In this document: positions 13,103-48,939 of the stretch, in pieces | How positions within the stretch are numbered: position 1 is the first letter of the stretch | Layout: each line of letters begins with the position of its first letter | From: Podarcis muralis | Lineage: Eukaryota | Assembly: GCF_964188315.1 (NCBI RefSeq) | Contig: NC_135656.1 | Location: 4,650,001-4,714,000 of the forward strand | DNA length: 64,000 bases | Reading direction: 5' to 3' | The notes under the pieces: model-generated | Told to the model about the DNA's origin: nothing | Seen by the model: only the letters and a program-made list of their open reading frames with translations | Databases searched by the model: none | Position numbers and translations under genes: made by a program

Positions 13103-13875
13103 TGTGTTTGTGTGTGTGTTTGTGTAAAATATGCAACAAGCAGTTGTTCTGTAGTGCAAAGGTTCATGTCCACCCTTGGGCCACTCTCTGAGGGCCACTT
13201 TCCAGCAATAGTTGAGGCACAAAGTAGGTGCCTCAACTTAATCACTCATACAAACAGGCAAGGGGTTTAAGCTGCAATTGCTGTCCTTTATTCACTCAGT
13301 TTTGACAGAGTATCTTATCCTCCAGCTGCCTTCCAACCAAATTTATGGGAATTTTTAAAAAAATACATAAAACATGTTTGTTGAGCCAGCCTGCCTAGAG
13401 CGGACAGGCAAAGCAATAGTTCAAAGCTAATGAGTCTTTAAATAAAAGCTTCCTGCTTGCACGTTCTGCTGTTTCATTGCTTCCTGTTGAATTTAGGCTT
13501 TATACACACTATACATTTAAAATATAGCCCATGCCAAATAATCATAGGAACTGTAATTTGTTAAGGGTGCTGGGAATTGCAGTTCTGTGCAGAGTAAGCA
13601 GCAGTTCCCATGATTCTTTGGGGATGAGAATGTGCTTTAAATGTATGGTGGATACTCAGCCATGGTAGAATGGTAAGAATGGCCTCTTAATTAGCTGATG
13701 AAAAGCTTCTCTGAATTGCCTTTTAATGCCAGTCCTGTTCCTACTTTAATTGTTGATTTCCTCTCACTCCCCCCCCCCATTTTAATGCAGGGTGCCTTAA
13801 CCCTATACAAAAGTTTTCACCTCTCAATTAGTAAGGGCTTCAGTCGGTGTGAAGCTGTGCAGAGAAACAACACAA

Positions 13876-14008
13876 CTGGATAGCTCAGTTGGTGAGAATG
13901 TGGTGCTGATAATGCCAAGGACCAGGTTGTGGCTTTGGACACCTGCATATTCCTGCATTCCAGAGGGTTGGACTAGATGATTCTCAGGTCCCTTCCAGTT
14001 CTATGATC
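13876..14008 (+). mobile_element. tRNA-derived SINE with CR1-like tail
   Basis: A-box-like GGATAGCTCAGTTGGTGAGA head; tail GGGTTGGACTAGATGA..CCCTTCCAGTTCTATGAT. Confidence 0.7.
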
Positions 14009-15268
14009 AAACAGTAGTGTTTTGTAACCAAGTACAGCAGTGGTTCCAATTAGCTAAGTACTGCAGGCCCCTGTTTTTCAAAAGCCAAGCCATGGACCTC
14101 CTACTTTTGAAAATGCTGCTCTCTCTTTGGTAGTTTTTGTTATGTGAATGGTGCCACTGCCACTATACCCCCCCCCCAATATTTCTCAGCGCAAAATGGG
14201 AGCCCTCATTTTAAATTTCCTGCAAAGAGATGCTACAATTGGGCACTGTGGAAAATTAAAAATGGCAGTTTGCCAATCCAACTACCAGCATACAGGATGG
14301 GGGAGGGACACGCTGACAATGGGCCTGCCATTAAGCCATAGACTAGCACCCCCCTACCCCCCACAAGTCTCTCACTACAAGAAAATCAACCCTATAAAAG
14401 AAAATCAACCCCAAGAAAATTAACCCCACTAAAACTTCTTGCTGCTTATATAAAAGTGGGGACAAGTGTGACACAATGTTCCATAGGAGCTAGGAGAAAT
14501 CACAGAGTCCCACCTGCTAGATTTAAGTTTCTGGATCCTTTCGCCCATCCAATTCATGAAATCCCTTTGCATTCCCAAGAGATGAAGACAGAACCTGAAT
14601 TCATAAATCTCTCCCACCAATCCACAAGAACAGAAGCACAAGATCCTGGCACCAGATCAACTGTGTATAAGAATTAAGTTTACCTGACTTCACATCACAA
14701 GGAAAGATGACGTTCCCGAGAGTGACTCTTTCGCTCCTGGATCTGCTCTCCTGTCCTTTCTATCCCTCGCGTCTGTGGGGTGTGAAAGATGAAGCATTTC
14801 CCTTCTTTAAAAGAATTCAGCGCACTGAGCACAAAGCGCAGGTATCGCACATCCGCTTTCGCAGGGGTTAATGGTTTCCTATCGGCAGCAGCGAGCTGCT
14901 TTGTTCACTTGCCCCACGATAAGGCAGGAAGGAGGCACTGTCTCTCTGACCCACAACCTCATAAATCAAACCTACACGGAGTTTTTAAAATCTTTTTTAA
15001 AAATAAAGATTGTAGCCTTTTTGTGTGTGCATGAAACAAATTATTACTGAAGCAAGAAGACCTGCTGAAACCAGCAAGACAAGGGTTGTAATCCTATGCA
15101 TGCTGTCTTTTCGATACTTAAGTCTGTGGAGGATGCTTCCGAAAGCAGATGTGGTTGAGAGCACACTGCGTGGTTGCAGCCTAGGCACACCTTCATTGCG
15201 AGAGCACACCCACCGAAAGTGGGCTTAGTTCAGGCAGATCATAGGCTTCAGTCTAGAAACACAGGATA

Positions 15269-15583
15269 CAGTGGTGCCCCGCAAGACGAATGCCTCGCAA
15301 GACGAAAAACTCGCTAGACGAAAGGGTTTTCCGTTTTTTGAGTCGTTCCACAAGACGAATTTCCCTATGGGCTTGCTTCACAAGACGAAACGTCTTGCGA
15401 GTTCTTGCGAGTTTGTTTCCTTTTTCTTAAAGCCGCTAAGCCGCTAATAGCCGCTAAGCCGTTAATAGCCGCTAAGCCGCTAATAGCCGCTAAGCCGCTA
15501 ATAGCCGTGCTTCGCAAGGCGAAAAAACCGCAAGATGAAGAGACTCGCGGAACGGATTAATTTTGTCTTGCGAGACACCACTG
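15269..15583. mobile_element. Tc1/Mariner-type MITE, family B
   Basis: TIRs CAGTGGTGCCCCGCAAGAC / GTCTTGCGAGACACCACTG flanked by TA; internal GCCGCTAA(TA) tandem array. Confidence 0.88.
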
Positions 15584-16083
15584 TACTGCCTTACACTGAG
15601 TCAGTATTGTCTACACTGACTGGCAGTGGCTCTCCAGCCTTTCAGGCAGGGAACATACATTCCCGGCCCTACCTGTGGATGTCAGGGACTGAACTAGGGA
15701 CCTTCTGCATGGCCTTGTAAATCATACACCTCATGTTTCATTTACAGAATATTCAGCCTCTACAAAAATCCACCAACAGCAGTCTTTAGTCCCCTGCATC
15801 CTTTTGCTCCTGCCACTAACTCCATTCTTGGGAAATCTGGACTGGAGGCAATGTAAATACAAAAATCTATTGTTATTTCTCGTTGCTCTGTGAAGAACAT
15901 TAAAAAAGAAATAGAATGAGGTGAGTGAGAGACCAAAGGTGAGAGCTCAGAGAAATTCATTCCATAAATTGATTTATTTGAAAGATGAGTCCCTGTATAC
16001 AGTAATAGAAAATACACTCTGCATATGTTCAGATACTCATTGTCCTTGCTGATTTGTTAAAATGGAAGCTGGTTTCATTATTA

Positions 16084-16930
16084 GAGAATCATAGAATCTT
16101 AGAGCTGGAAGGGATCCAAGGGTCATCTAGTCCAACCCCCTGCAATGCAGGTATCTCAGCTAAAGCACCAATGACAGATGGCCATCCAACCTCTGCTTAA
16201 TAACCTCCAAAGAAGAAGAGTCCACAACCTTGCAAGGGAGTCCGCTCCACTATTACTTACTATTACACTATTACTATTACTTCCCTTGATCTGGACACTA
16301 TACTTCTGTTGATGCAGCCAAGAATAGTACTAGCGTTTTTTGCTGCTGCATCACACTGTTGACTCATATTAAGCTTGTGGTCCACCAATAACCCTAGATC
16401 CTTTTCACAAGTACTGTGAGTAAGCCAAGTGTCCCCCAACTTATATTTGTGCATCTGATTCTTTCTGCCTAAGTGCAGATCCTTACATTTGTTCCTACTG
16501 AAATTCATTTTGTTTAGCTTGCGGCCAGTTCTACAATCTATTAAGGTCATTTTGAATTCTGATTCTGTTTTCTATGGCATTAGCTACCCCTCCCAGTTTG
16601 GTGTCATCTGCAAATTTGAGGAGCATCCCCTCAATTCCTTCACCCAAGTCATTTATAAAGACGTTGAACAACAACAGACTCAGAACAGAACCCTGCAGAC
16701 CCCACTTGTCACTTTTTCCAAGGATGACGAGGAACCATTAATGAGTACTCTTTGGGTTTGGTTAGCCGGCCAGCTACAAATTCACCTAACAGTTACCTTG
16801 TTCAACCCACATTTTACCAGCTTCCTCACGAGAATATCATGGAGGACTTCGTCAAAAGCCTTACTGAAATCAAGATACACTATGTCCACAGCATTTCCCT
16901 GATCCACTAAGTTTGTAATTCCATTTCAAA
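16084..16930 (-). mobile_element. CR1 LINE 3' portion with internal deletion
   Basis: Minus-strand CR1 RT C-terminus KCKDLHLGRKN..EKDLGLLVDHKLNMSQQCDAAAK; reverse-complement CR1 tail AGAATCATAGAAT at 16084. Confidence 0.88.
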
Positions 16931-17832
16931 AAGTAAAAACCAGGACACACCGAAATTGTTGAAGTTTTTTTAGTCAAACCCCAAAGTTGTTGAGCTGTTT
17001 TACAAAAACACACAAAAAAAGCGCAATATTTTGATTGCTTAAGATTAAGGCCAAAGCTCTGCCTTTCACAAATTCTCCCTGGACGTCAATCCCGCCTTTG
17101 AAATCCGCCTTCCACATGTCAGTTTAATTTGTTTTCTTTATAAAGTCTCCCATCTCAATCCAAGCAAAACTGGATTTTGTCATTTTATATAAAATATGAT
17201 GCAAAAAATGCATTTTCCCCTCAACAACTCCAAAACAATTCTTTCACCTTGCTATTATTATTTCCTCCTGTGGCTTTCATGCAAACACCCTGTGCTTTGA
17301 TCTCCACAACTGTAAACCAGAGATCTAGAATCAAACAGGAAGCTAGCAGAGTTATTGTCTTCCAGCCTCTGCAAAAGTCAACCATCACAGTCCTTCCTGC
17401 CTAAAACAGAACTCATTTTCAATCTAGCCTAACTTCCAATGTAAAAGTTAGAGAGAGTACTGTAGAGTTGCCCAACAACAGAGACACTCTGCGCTCTTAG
17501 ATGAAAATTCTGTTCAGTGGATTTGGAGAAGTGGATTCTCCTACACAACACCTATGCCATAAAATAAGTATGTGTCTACACAGAAGTAAGCCCCATTCGG
17601 TTCAGTTGGACTTACAGAGCTGCTGTTTGTATGCTTACTCAGAAGTAAGCTCCACTGTATTCAATGGAGCTTGTAAGTGTGCATAGTGTTGCAGTCCTAC
17701 TTACACCCCTCAGTAAATCAGTATAGGATGCAGTCTTGGTCTTTAAGGTGTCAAGAGATCCTTTCTTGTTTCTGTCCCATTCACAACAGCTTCCAAATGC
17801 TCACTGGAAGTTTTTGCTGTAAGTTTCTCTCT

Positions 17833-17835
<3 letters not shown>

Positions 17836-17878
<43 letters not shown>
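17836..17878. repeat. (CT)n microsatellite
   Basis: Direct reading. Confidence 0.95.
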
Positions 17879-17882
<4 letters not shown>

Positions 17883-18050
17883 ATTACAAAGAGGTGGGGG
17901 AATGGGGAGAAAGAATATCTCCACCTTATGGTGAAAGTCCTGGGTAGCCTTTGGTTCTTCCTGAAACTTTTCTCAGCGTGTGCCTCCTGCCCTCCTCATC
18001 CAGTGGCTAAATTGGTGGCTACCTGGGAAAGGGGCTTTTAAGGAACCTGG

Positions 18051-18674
18051 GAAGAAATGGAGGCAGTGAGAGATTTTACTTTCTTGGGCTCCATAATCAC
18101 TGCAGATGGTGACAGCAGCCACAAAATTAAAAGACGCCTGCTTCTTGGGAGAAAAGCAATGACAAACCTAGACAGCATCTTAAAAAGTAGAGACATCACC
18201 TTGCCAACAAAGGTCCGTATAGTAAAAACTATGGTTTTCTCAGTAGTGATGTATGGAAGTGAAAGCTGGACCATAAAGAAGGCTGATCGCCGAAGAATTG
18301 ATGCTTTTGAATTATGGTGCTGGAGGAGACTCTTGAGAGTCCCATGGACTGCAAGAAGATCAGACGTATCCATTCTTAAGGAAATCAGCCCTGAGTGCTC
18401 ACTGGAAGGACAGATCGTGAAGCTGAGGCTCCAATACTTTGGCCACCTCATGAGAAGAGAAGACTCCCTGCAAAAGACCCTGATGTTGGGAAAGATGAAG
18501 GGCACAAGGAGAAGGGGACGACAGAGGACGAGATGGTTGGATAGTGTTCTCGAGGCTACCAGCATGAATTTGACCAAACTACGGGAGGCAGTGGAAGACA
18601 GAAGTGCCTGGCGTGCTCTGGTCCAGGGGGTCATGAAGAGGCGGACACGACTAAACGACTAATCAACAACAAGT
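18051..18674 (+). mobile_element. BovB (RTE) LINE 3' fragment
   Basis: Uninterrupted 201-aa RTE RT C-terminus; (CAA)n tail; imperfect TSD AACCTGG at 18044-18050 and 18675-18681. Confidence 0.9.
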
Positions 18675-19800
18675 AACCTGGACATACAAACTCACTCGGC
18701 CCTTGTGCTATTATGTCATGTGCCAGGTTAAGGCTCCCTCTTAACTGACCACCACTTTTAATGGAATGGCTTCTAAGACATGTTTCCTAGACTTTTGGGT
18801 TTTCTTGGCTACTGCTTCACTAACATTCATTTCCTGTTTGGTTGGTTCTTACATTATGTTCTGCTGTTCTAAATTTTCTACCTCCGCTGTCAGAGACAGT
18901 GCGCCTCTGAAAGCTAGTTGCTGGGAATCACAAGGTGCGCAGGAAGAGTGGCTGTTGCCATTAATTCAACAGATCAAGAAGGTAATGTGCATAATTAGAT
19001 GCAGTAAATAGATATGGGATTATTTCCATAATCAGACCCATATACAGTATGGCAGCACCAAGACTTTGGAACTCCCTGCCTATTGATATAAGACATGTTG
19101 CAATTTAGCTTTTTGCATGTTTCTTTTAGTGATAATGTTATCTATCTATCTATCTAAACACATAATGATATCACATCAGCACAAATATTCTAATCTAATG
19201 AGATTGTATGGGAATAATACGGAATAACAGATACAATCTTGCTTAAAATGTATATAGGAAGTGCAGTGTAAGCGATGGAAGTCAATCCATGAAATTTTAT
19301 TAATATTTTCATATTGAGATATCTGTAGAATAAATTTGGAAGAAATTCCTCCAACTTTTCTTCTTCTTTTTTCTTTTCTTCTTTTTTTCTTTTTTATATA
19401 TGTATGCTTATCTGTTTGCTTATCTTTTGTAATAGTTATGTTAAATAAATTAATAAATTTAATTTAAAAAAAATTAAATTCCCAACTAAAAAAAAAATCA
19501 CATCAGCGTATTCGTGTGCATACGCACGCACGTACGTACGCATGCGCACAAACTCCCTGCCTGCTCCTCCTTTTCCGACTCGGCTTCCCTTTCCTTTCCC
19601 TCTCGCGTCTGTCGCGACAACTTCCCGTCCCGTGCGCAATGCATGCTGGGGGTGGTAGTTCCGGGTACGTGCTTGCGTGCGCAAGCCCCGGAGTGGGTGT
19701 GCGGAGGGAGGGTCCGGGCGACCGGCTTCGCGGGCCACGTGGGCAGCGGGAGGAAGTGCGGGTCCCGTCCGACCGGAGTTGCATCAGCTGCGGAGCGAGC

Positions 19801-43774
<23,974 letters not shown>

Positions 43775-43951
43775 ATTGTCAGGCAGGCAGCATCTCTTGC
43801 CCAGACACTTGGCTCATTGTATTTCAGCAATGGGAGAGTTTCTCACTTTTTCACAACATTAAATTATTTTGCTGTAGCCCCTTTTCCTATTTTGTAATCC
43901 CATTTATGAAAAATTCAGAATCCTTTGAAATGTTTTGATTATATGGTGAGA

Positions 43952-43957
43952 AATAAA
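43952..43957 (+). terminator. MARS1 poly(A) signal AATAAA
   Basis: First AATAAA I found after the MARS1 stop (43774). Confidence 0.7.
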
Positions 43958-43960
43958 TAT

Positions 43961-43966
43961 TTTATT
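43961..43966 (-). terminator. DDIT3 distal poly(A) signal (AATAAA on minus)
   Basis: TTTATT on plus; flanked by ATTTA pentamers on the minus strand. Confidence 0.65.
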
Positions 43967-44295
43967 GGTTAAATACATACTGTACCTATAAATGCAAAAG
44001 CTATTATTGGACTCATACATACATGCTTTTTCTCGCACATTTTTCTTCACAAGTGAAGTGGTGGTGGTGGTGATGTTAAGAACAAGCCTGGTTGGCAGAG
44101 GCAGTTTCATCCAAGATGGCTCTCCTCTGGTATATATAGCCTGGCACAGTCTAGTTGCATGATCACCTTTTATATTTCAGTTCAGCAAGGCTGGCTCACT
44201 AAACCAGAGTAGAAATAAGCAATCTGAGTCCCCCATAAGGTAATGTTGCAGAGTTAGTCTGTGGAACAGCCCCGGCCTACCAGGTGATGGTAATG

Positions 44296-44301
44296 TTTAT
44301 T
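44296..44301 (-). terminator. DDIT3 candidate proximal poly(A) signal
   Basis: TTTATT on plus, about 130 nt past the DDIT3 stop. Confidence 0.45.
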
Positions 44302-44429
44302 GTATAGAAAAGTGCTTGACACTTTCTTTTTTAAAGTCATAGATGCTAAAGCTGGGAGCAGTGAAGCATTGCTCTGTTTGGTCCATGGCAAGTGAGTCAT
44401 CAGTACAGGAAGGAAGTTCTCCAGATCCA

Positions 44430-45836
44430 TTAAGTCTTTAGGCTCACCATACGCTGGATAAGTGCTGCTCTTGTTGCTTCCACCTCTGCAGTCAAGCGCT
44501 CTATTTCTTTCTGGAGGTGCTCATTGTGGGCCATCAGCTCGGCCACTCTGCGCTCATTCTCCTGCTCCCGCTCTCTGCCCCGCTGCCTCTTGCCTCCGTG
44601 GGGCTGTCCACCATGCTTCCTCTTCCGGCTAGTAGACACCCCCTCATCATCATCTGTCCCAGTCTGCACTGGGGAACTGTGGCTGGAGTCTGACTCGGCA
44701 GGTCCCGCAGGCTCCTCAGCTAGCAGTTCCAGGAGTTGAGCTGTGAGATCAGGGTCCAGCTCACAGTTTCCAACTGCTTCACTTCCACCGGGCTCCAAGG
44801 GATTGGAAGCATCCAGGTTCCACAGCAGAGCAGTACTGTCAACACCATCAAACTCCTTCTGTAGGAAAATGGAAAGATGGTGAGAGCTACTATTTGCCTT
44901 CACCTCCTAAAGCCAGTGTGATCCCTAGCCTACAAAGACCAGGGTTCCTGATCCACCTTCACTGGGGCAGCCTTGGACTTGTTGCTGCCTCACAAGGTTG
45001 TTATGATTAGAAAGGGGGGGGGGGAGTCCCCTGAGCTCCTTGGAAGAAAGCATGAGAGATACAAATGGGATTAGGTATTCATGCAACCAAATATGCACAT
45101 TTATTTGCTTTACTTTTGTCTACAGAAAGCAGTTTCTAAGCTATAATAGAAACTACAGTGCACACCTAAGAGCACAGAAAGAGGTATGTATTATCTAGGG
45201 AAGCCAGTCTATAGGCAACCCCCCCCAAAAAAAACCCCACTAATGGGCATGTGAAAGGTGAATGACACAGCATAAAAGATAAGGCTTGACAGCCCATCTG
45301 TGTCATGTGGAGTAGTTGGTATTGGACACCCCCACCCCATCAATTCCTGAAATATCTACCTCTTCTGCATGACAGGATTTGCTCCAATGTTTCTCTACCA
45401 TCATTATGAATAGGCTATAGTGAAAACTATATAGCATGTTAAGATTATCAAATTTTTACCATAAGTGGTAAAACAGATGCTTGCCAGGTTCCCCAAATTT
45501 AAAGGTACCACACTAATTTTGTTTTTTCATGGGGGTTTTTTTAATGGTTTGGAAGGACAAGTGAAGCGAAGTGTGATACAGAGCCAATGGAAGAAGAATT
45601 AGAAAACTCTAAGAGGGAAATCTACCCACCTCTGGGATGCTGTACACAAGAGACATACAAGATGCTAGGAAAGTTGCTTTCCTCCGTTTTCTCACCTGCT
45701 CCTGTCCCCCTACTGGGGGGTCTGTCCTGCTGGTTACATCCAAGGAGAGCACCTCCTGCAAGTCCTCATACCAGGCCTCCAGCTCCCACGGGGGCACTGG
45801 GGTGCTCACGGAGAAGGGCAGTGATTCTGCCATCAT
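44430..45836 (-). CDS. DDIT3: DDIT3/CHOP CDS: join(45696-45836, 44430-44858), 189 aa
   Basis: MMAESLPF..WELEAWYEDLQEVL; CAG|gtgaga at 45696; tacag|AAG at 44858; bZIP EQENERRVAEL..EIERLTAEVEATR.ALI.RMV; TAA stop. Confidence 0.96.
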
Positions 45837-48800
45837 GGTTCAGGTACAGCCAACACTGTCTGAAAGAAAGGAGGATGGGGTGTGTGTCAAGAGACCTGGG
45901 CTAGCAATACCAATTCAAAAGTGCACAGGGAGGATGGATGGGTGTGCAGAGCCCCCAGACCCCACGGAGTTGTTCTAGGTCAACAGGAAAACACAAGGAG
46001 CCCTGGATTTCATTACAAGGAGACCCCTATCCATTCGTTACCAAAAAAAAAGAAAAGAGCCCTGAAAATCTGTTTGTCATTGCTTTTTTATCCCACCATT
46101 CCTTGTAAGCCCCCTTGAGGTTCTCCCCCTGCCTCCCATTTTATCCAGGGATACCTTTTATCCCTGTGAATTAAGTCAGGCTGAGAGTGACTGGCCCAAG
46201 TCAGCTTCATGGCTGAATGGGGATTTGAGCCAGGGTCTCCCTGGTCCTTGACAATGAATGCCAGATAAAAAAGGGGCTATGCTATAGAAATGACTGGGTA
46301 GAGCATCTCCCCCATCCAGTTTCTGCCATTCAAACAGCACTAGCTTTCACATGGGAACAGGAAGCAAGAGGTGTGCTTCATTCTACTGGAAAGACAGCCT
46401 CCTATTCTGCACTGACAAGGAGGGTGGCTTGGCACCATTCTGTGGCCTAACCACACTGGGAGAGGTCTTAGAAAAAAAATCTTATGCAAGCACAGCACAA
46501 TTAAAGGATTACAGGCCACCAAGAGTGCTGAGATGGATCAATACTACAGGATGGCTACTTTTGGTTCAGACCTTTTAGTTATAGAACTGAAAGAGCACAA
46601 AAGGTGTCACCAATTTAGAAATGATGTTGCTATTAGCTGTTTCGAAGCTATTTCATATTGAATGTTGATTGGGAATTCTAAGAAACCAAAAAAATAGAGC
46701 AGTTTTGAAAGGTTCAGTCTCATTTTGATTCAAAATGGTGTCCACAGGTATTCAAACATAGAATACCTTTCTCCTTTATCTCTGGAACCACCATGCAGAA
46801 ATTTGATGATGATATCTCAGGTGGTGTTTAAATGCATCATAACCATAAAAACCACTTTCCAAAAATATAGATGAGTTCAGGAGTGACACTGGAAGCTCAG
46901 CCATCTTAAAACACAACTTACTGACTTGACAACTCCCTGAAGTACTCAAACCCATTCCAATTCAATAAATGTTGCTATTGGCTCAGTAATACTCCATTGT
47001 CTCTCAAAACAGACAGATGCCAGCCAATAGTCTTGATATGCACATGAAGCCAATGAAGCTTGTAGCCTACAATTACGATGTGGCTACACTCCTATGGTGG
47101 GGAACCTGTAGTCCTCCATATGCAGCTCCCATTGTCGTTGAACATCACTATGCTAGCTGTGGTTGATAGGAGCCCAATAACATCTGAACAGCCACAGGTT
47201 CCCCTTTCCCTTTTCTGGTATATGTACTTAAGAGGAAAACTCACTAAACAGTGGGGCTTGCTTCTGAGCAAAGATCACACTGTAGAAGTACACCATCCCT
47301 GAAGACTTCCACTGCCACATGTGCCTTACAGAGTTTTTGAAGTTACTTTCCTTATTCAAAGGATGTTTTTAAAACTAGTTTAGGAAACTGGTGTTTCTCT
47401 GCATGGCTGGCTACAGTGTGCACACCTCATATTCATGACCTTTCCTAGGGGCATAAGGTATCCTGCCCAGGGAGACCAGCACAGATGTTAACATCTCACT
47501 ACCTTTCACACTGGAAATCTCTCATGCTGGAAATAAGAGCTGAGTCACTGTCACAAGACAGTCTGTGAGTGCCAAGCCAAGCATTCCTGCAGCCTCAGAT
47601 GTTAAGCATTTCCTTTCTTTGTGGCCTTGGGGCAGGCTGGAACATGCCTTGAGTAGAAGTGCCATTCTTCAGTTGCATTACTCTCTGACTTGGTGATTAT
47701 AACACAGACTAGTCTAGAGGAAGGCAAGGGGGCACGTGGCTCTTCAGTTGCTGCTGAACTACAACTCCCGTATTACCTTACTATTGGCCATGCTGGCTGG
47801 GGCTGATGGCAGGTAAAGAGTCCATCATCACCTGGTGGTGAGGGGGCCCCTTGCCTGCTAGAGGGCAAGGCATGGATAACCTGCTGAGCAATGGAAGTCA
47901 TACAAATTCTTTTCTAGAAGCATGATACACAGTTGCTTAGTTATTTATTTTTTTAAAAAGATGTTTGTGTCAGCTGCTTTTCTCCAGGAGATGTCCTGGA
48001 ACACAGCAGAAAACAGAAATGGTTTCTCCCTTGCTCTGAGATATAATCATAGAATCACGAGATAATGCTGATTAGGGTTTTATTTTACAGATTTGTCCCA
48101 GTGGAGGTAAAGCCTTGTTTTAAAGTATTACCTAACAAGACATTGTAAGGAATACTGTCTATTTTAAGATGCAGTCCAGACACAGGTTCCAGGGCTATGG
48201 CCTGAAGTACAGCAACTGAAACTAAACAAGGCGGAACCTAATTAATGCACAGATAGAATAATTCCCAGGACACAGCTAAATGCAACCTTGAGTTCGTTCC
48301 ATCAAAGGAGAAAGCACCCTGCAAATATAGGGTTGTATCCAAAATCATGTGAGTGGACTCCTGCTTACAGAACCTCATCTCCTTCAGCCACCCCCCTCTC
48401 AAAACAACATTGCTCTGGTTCCCTCAGGTTTCACTTATGGTAGACCTGGGATGGCCAGAGCTGCATTCACATGAACAAAGGCCAGCCAACTCTAAATGTT
48501 CCTGCAATGGTTAAATAGGAACAGGTTACTTACTTGCATTGTTAGTTCCATGCACCCCATTCTCCCAATGCCCATTACATCCCACTGCATTTCTCTGCTT
48601 GGCTAAACAGTACCTGTTTGCATCAGTGAAGCTGCAGTCAGATACTGTGTCATAGAAACTGACAAGCTGTGACACAAACGTAATGAATGTTTACTCCGGA
48701 GGTTCAGCCCTACTTGAGTTCAACAGTCCTTACATCCAAGCAAAACAGGACAGCAGCCCCTTCATCCAAAGTCCAACATGTGTTGTCTAAATACACGGAC

Positions 48801-48891
48801 TGCCTGTAGGAGAGCCGTACACCTCACTCTATGAAGTCTAAGGGCCTTCCTTTTTTGATTCATTGCAGAAATCAGAATAAAGTATTCTTAC

Positions 48892-48939
48892 CAGTTTTCA
48901 AGTGTGATGGTGTATTAGGATGCGATTTTTCATTCGAAG
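48892..48939 (-). other. DDIT3: DDIT3 exon 2 (48 nt), 3' half of the uORF (LRMKNRILIHHHT*)
   Basis: Acceptor tctttttcccacag|, donor CTG|gtaaga; ends IHHHT-stop like the mammalian CHOP uORF. Confidence 0.9.

Noticed and set aside
15432-15507. Short regularly spaced repeats resembling a CRISPR array
   Set aside because: Eukaryotic DNA; 8-10-bp tandem units with no spacers, inside a MITE.
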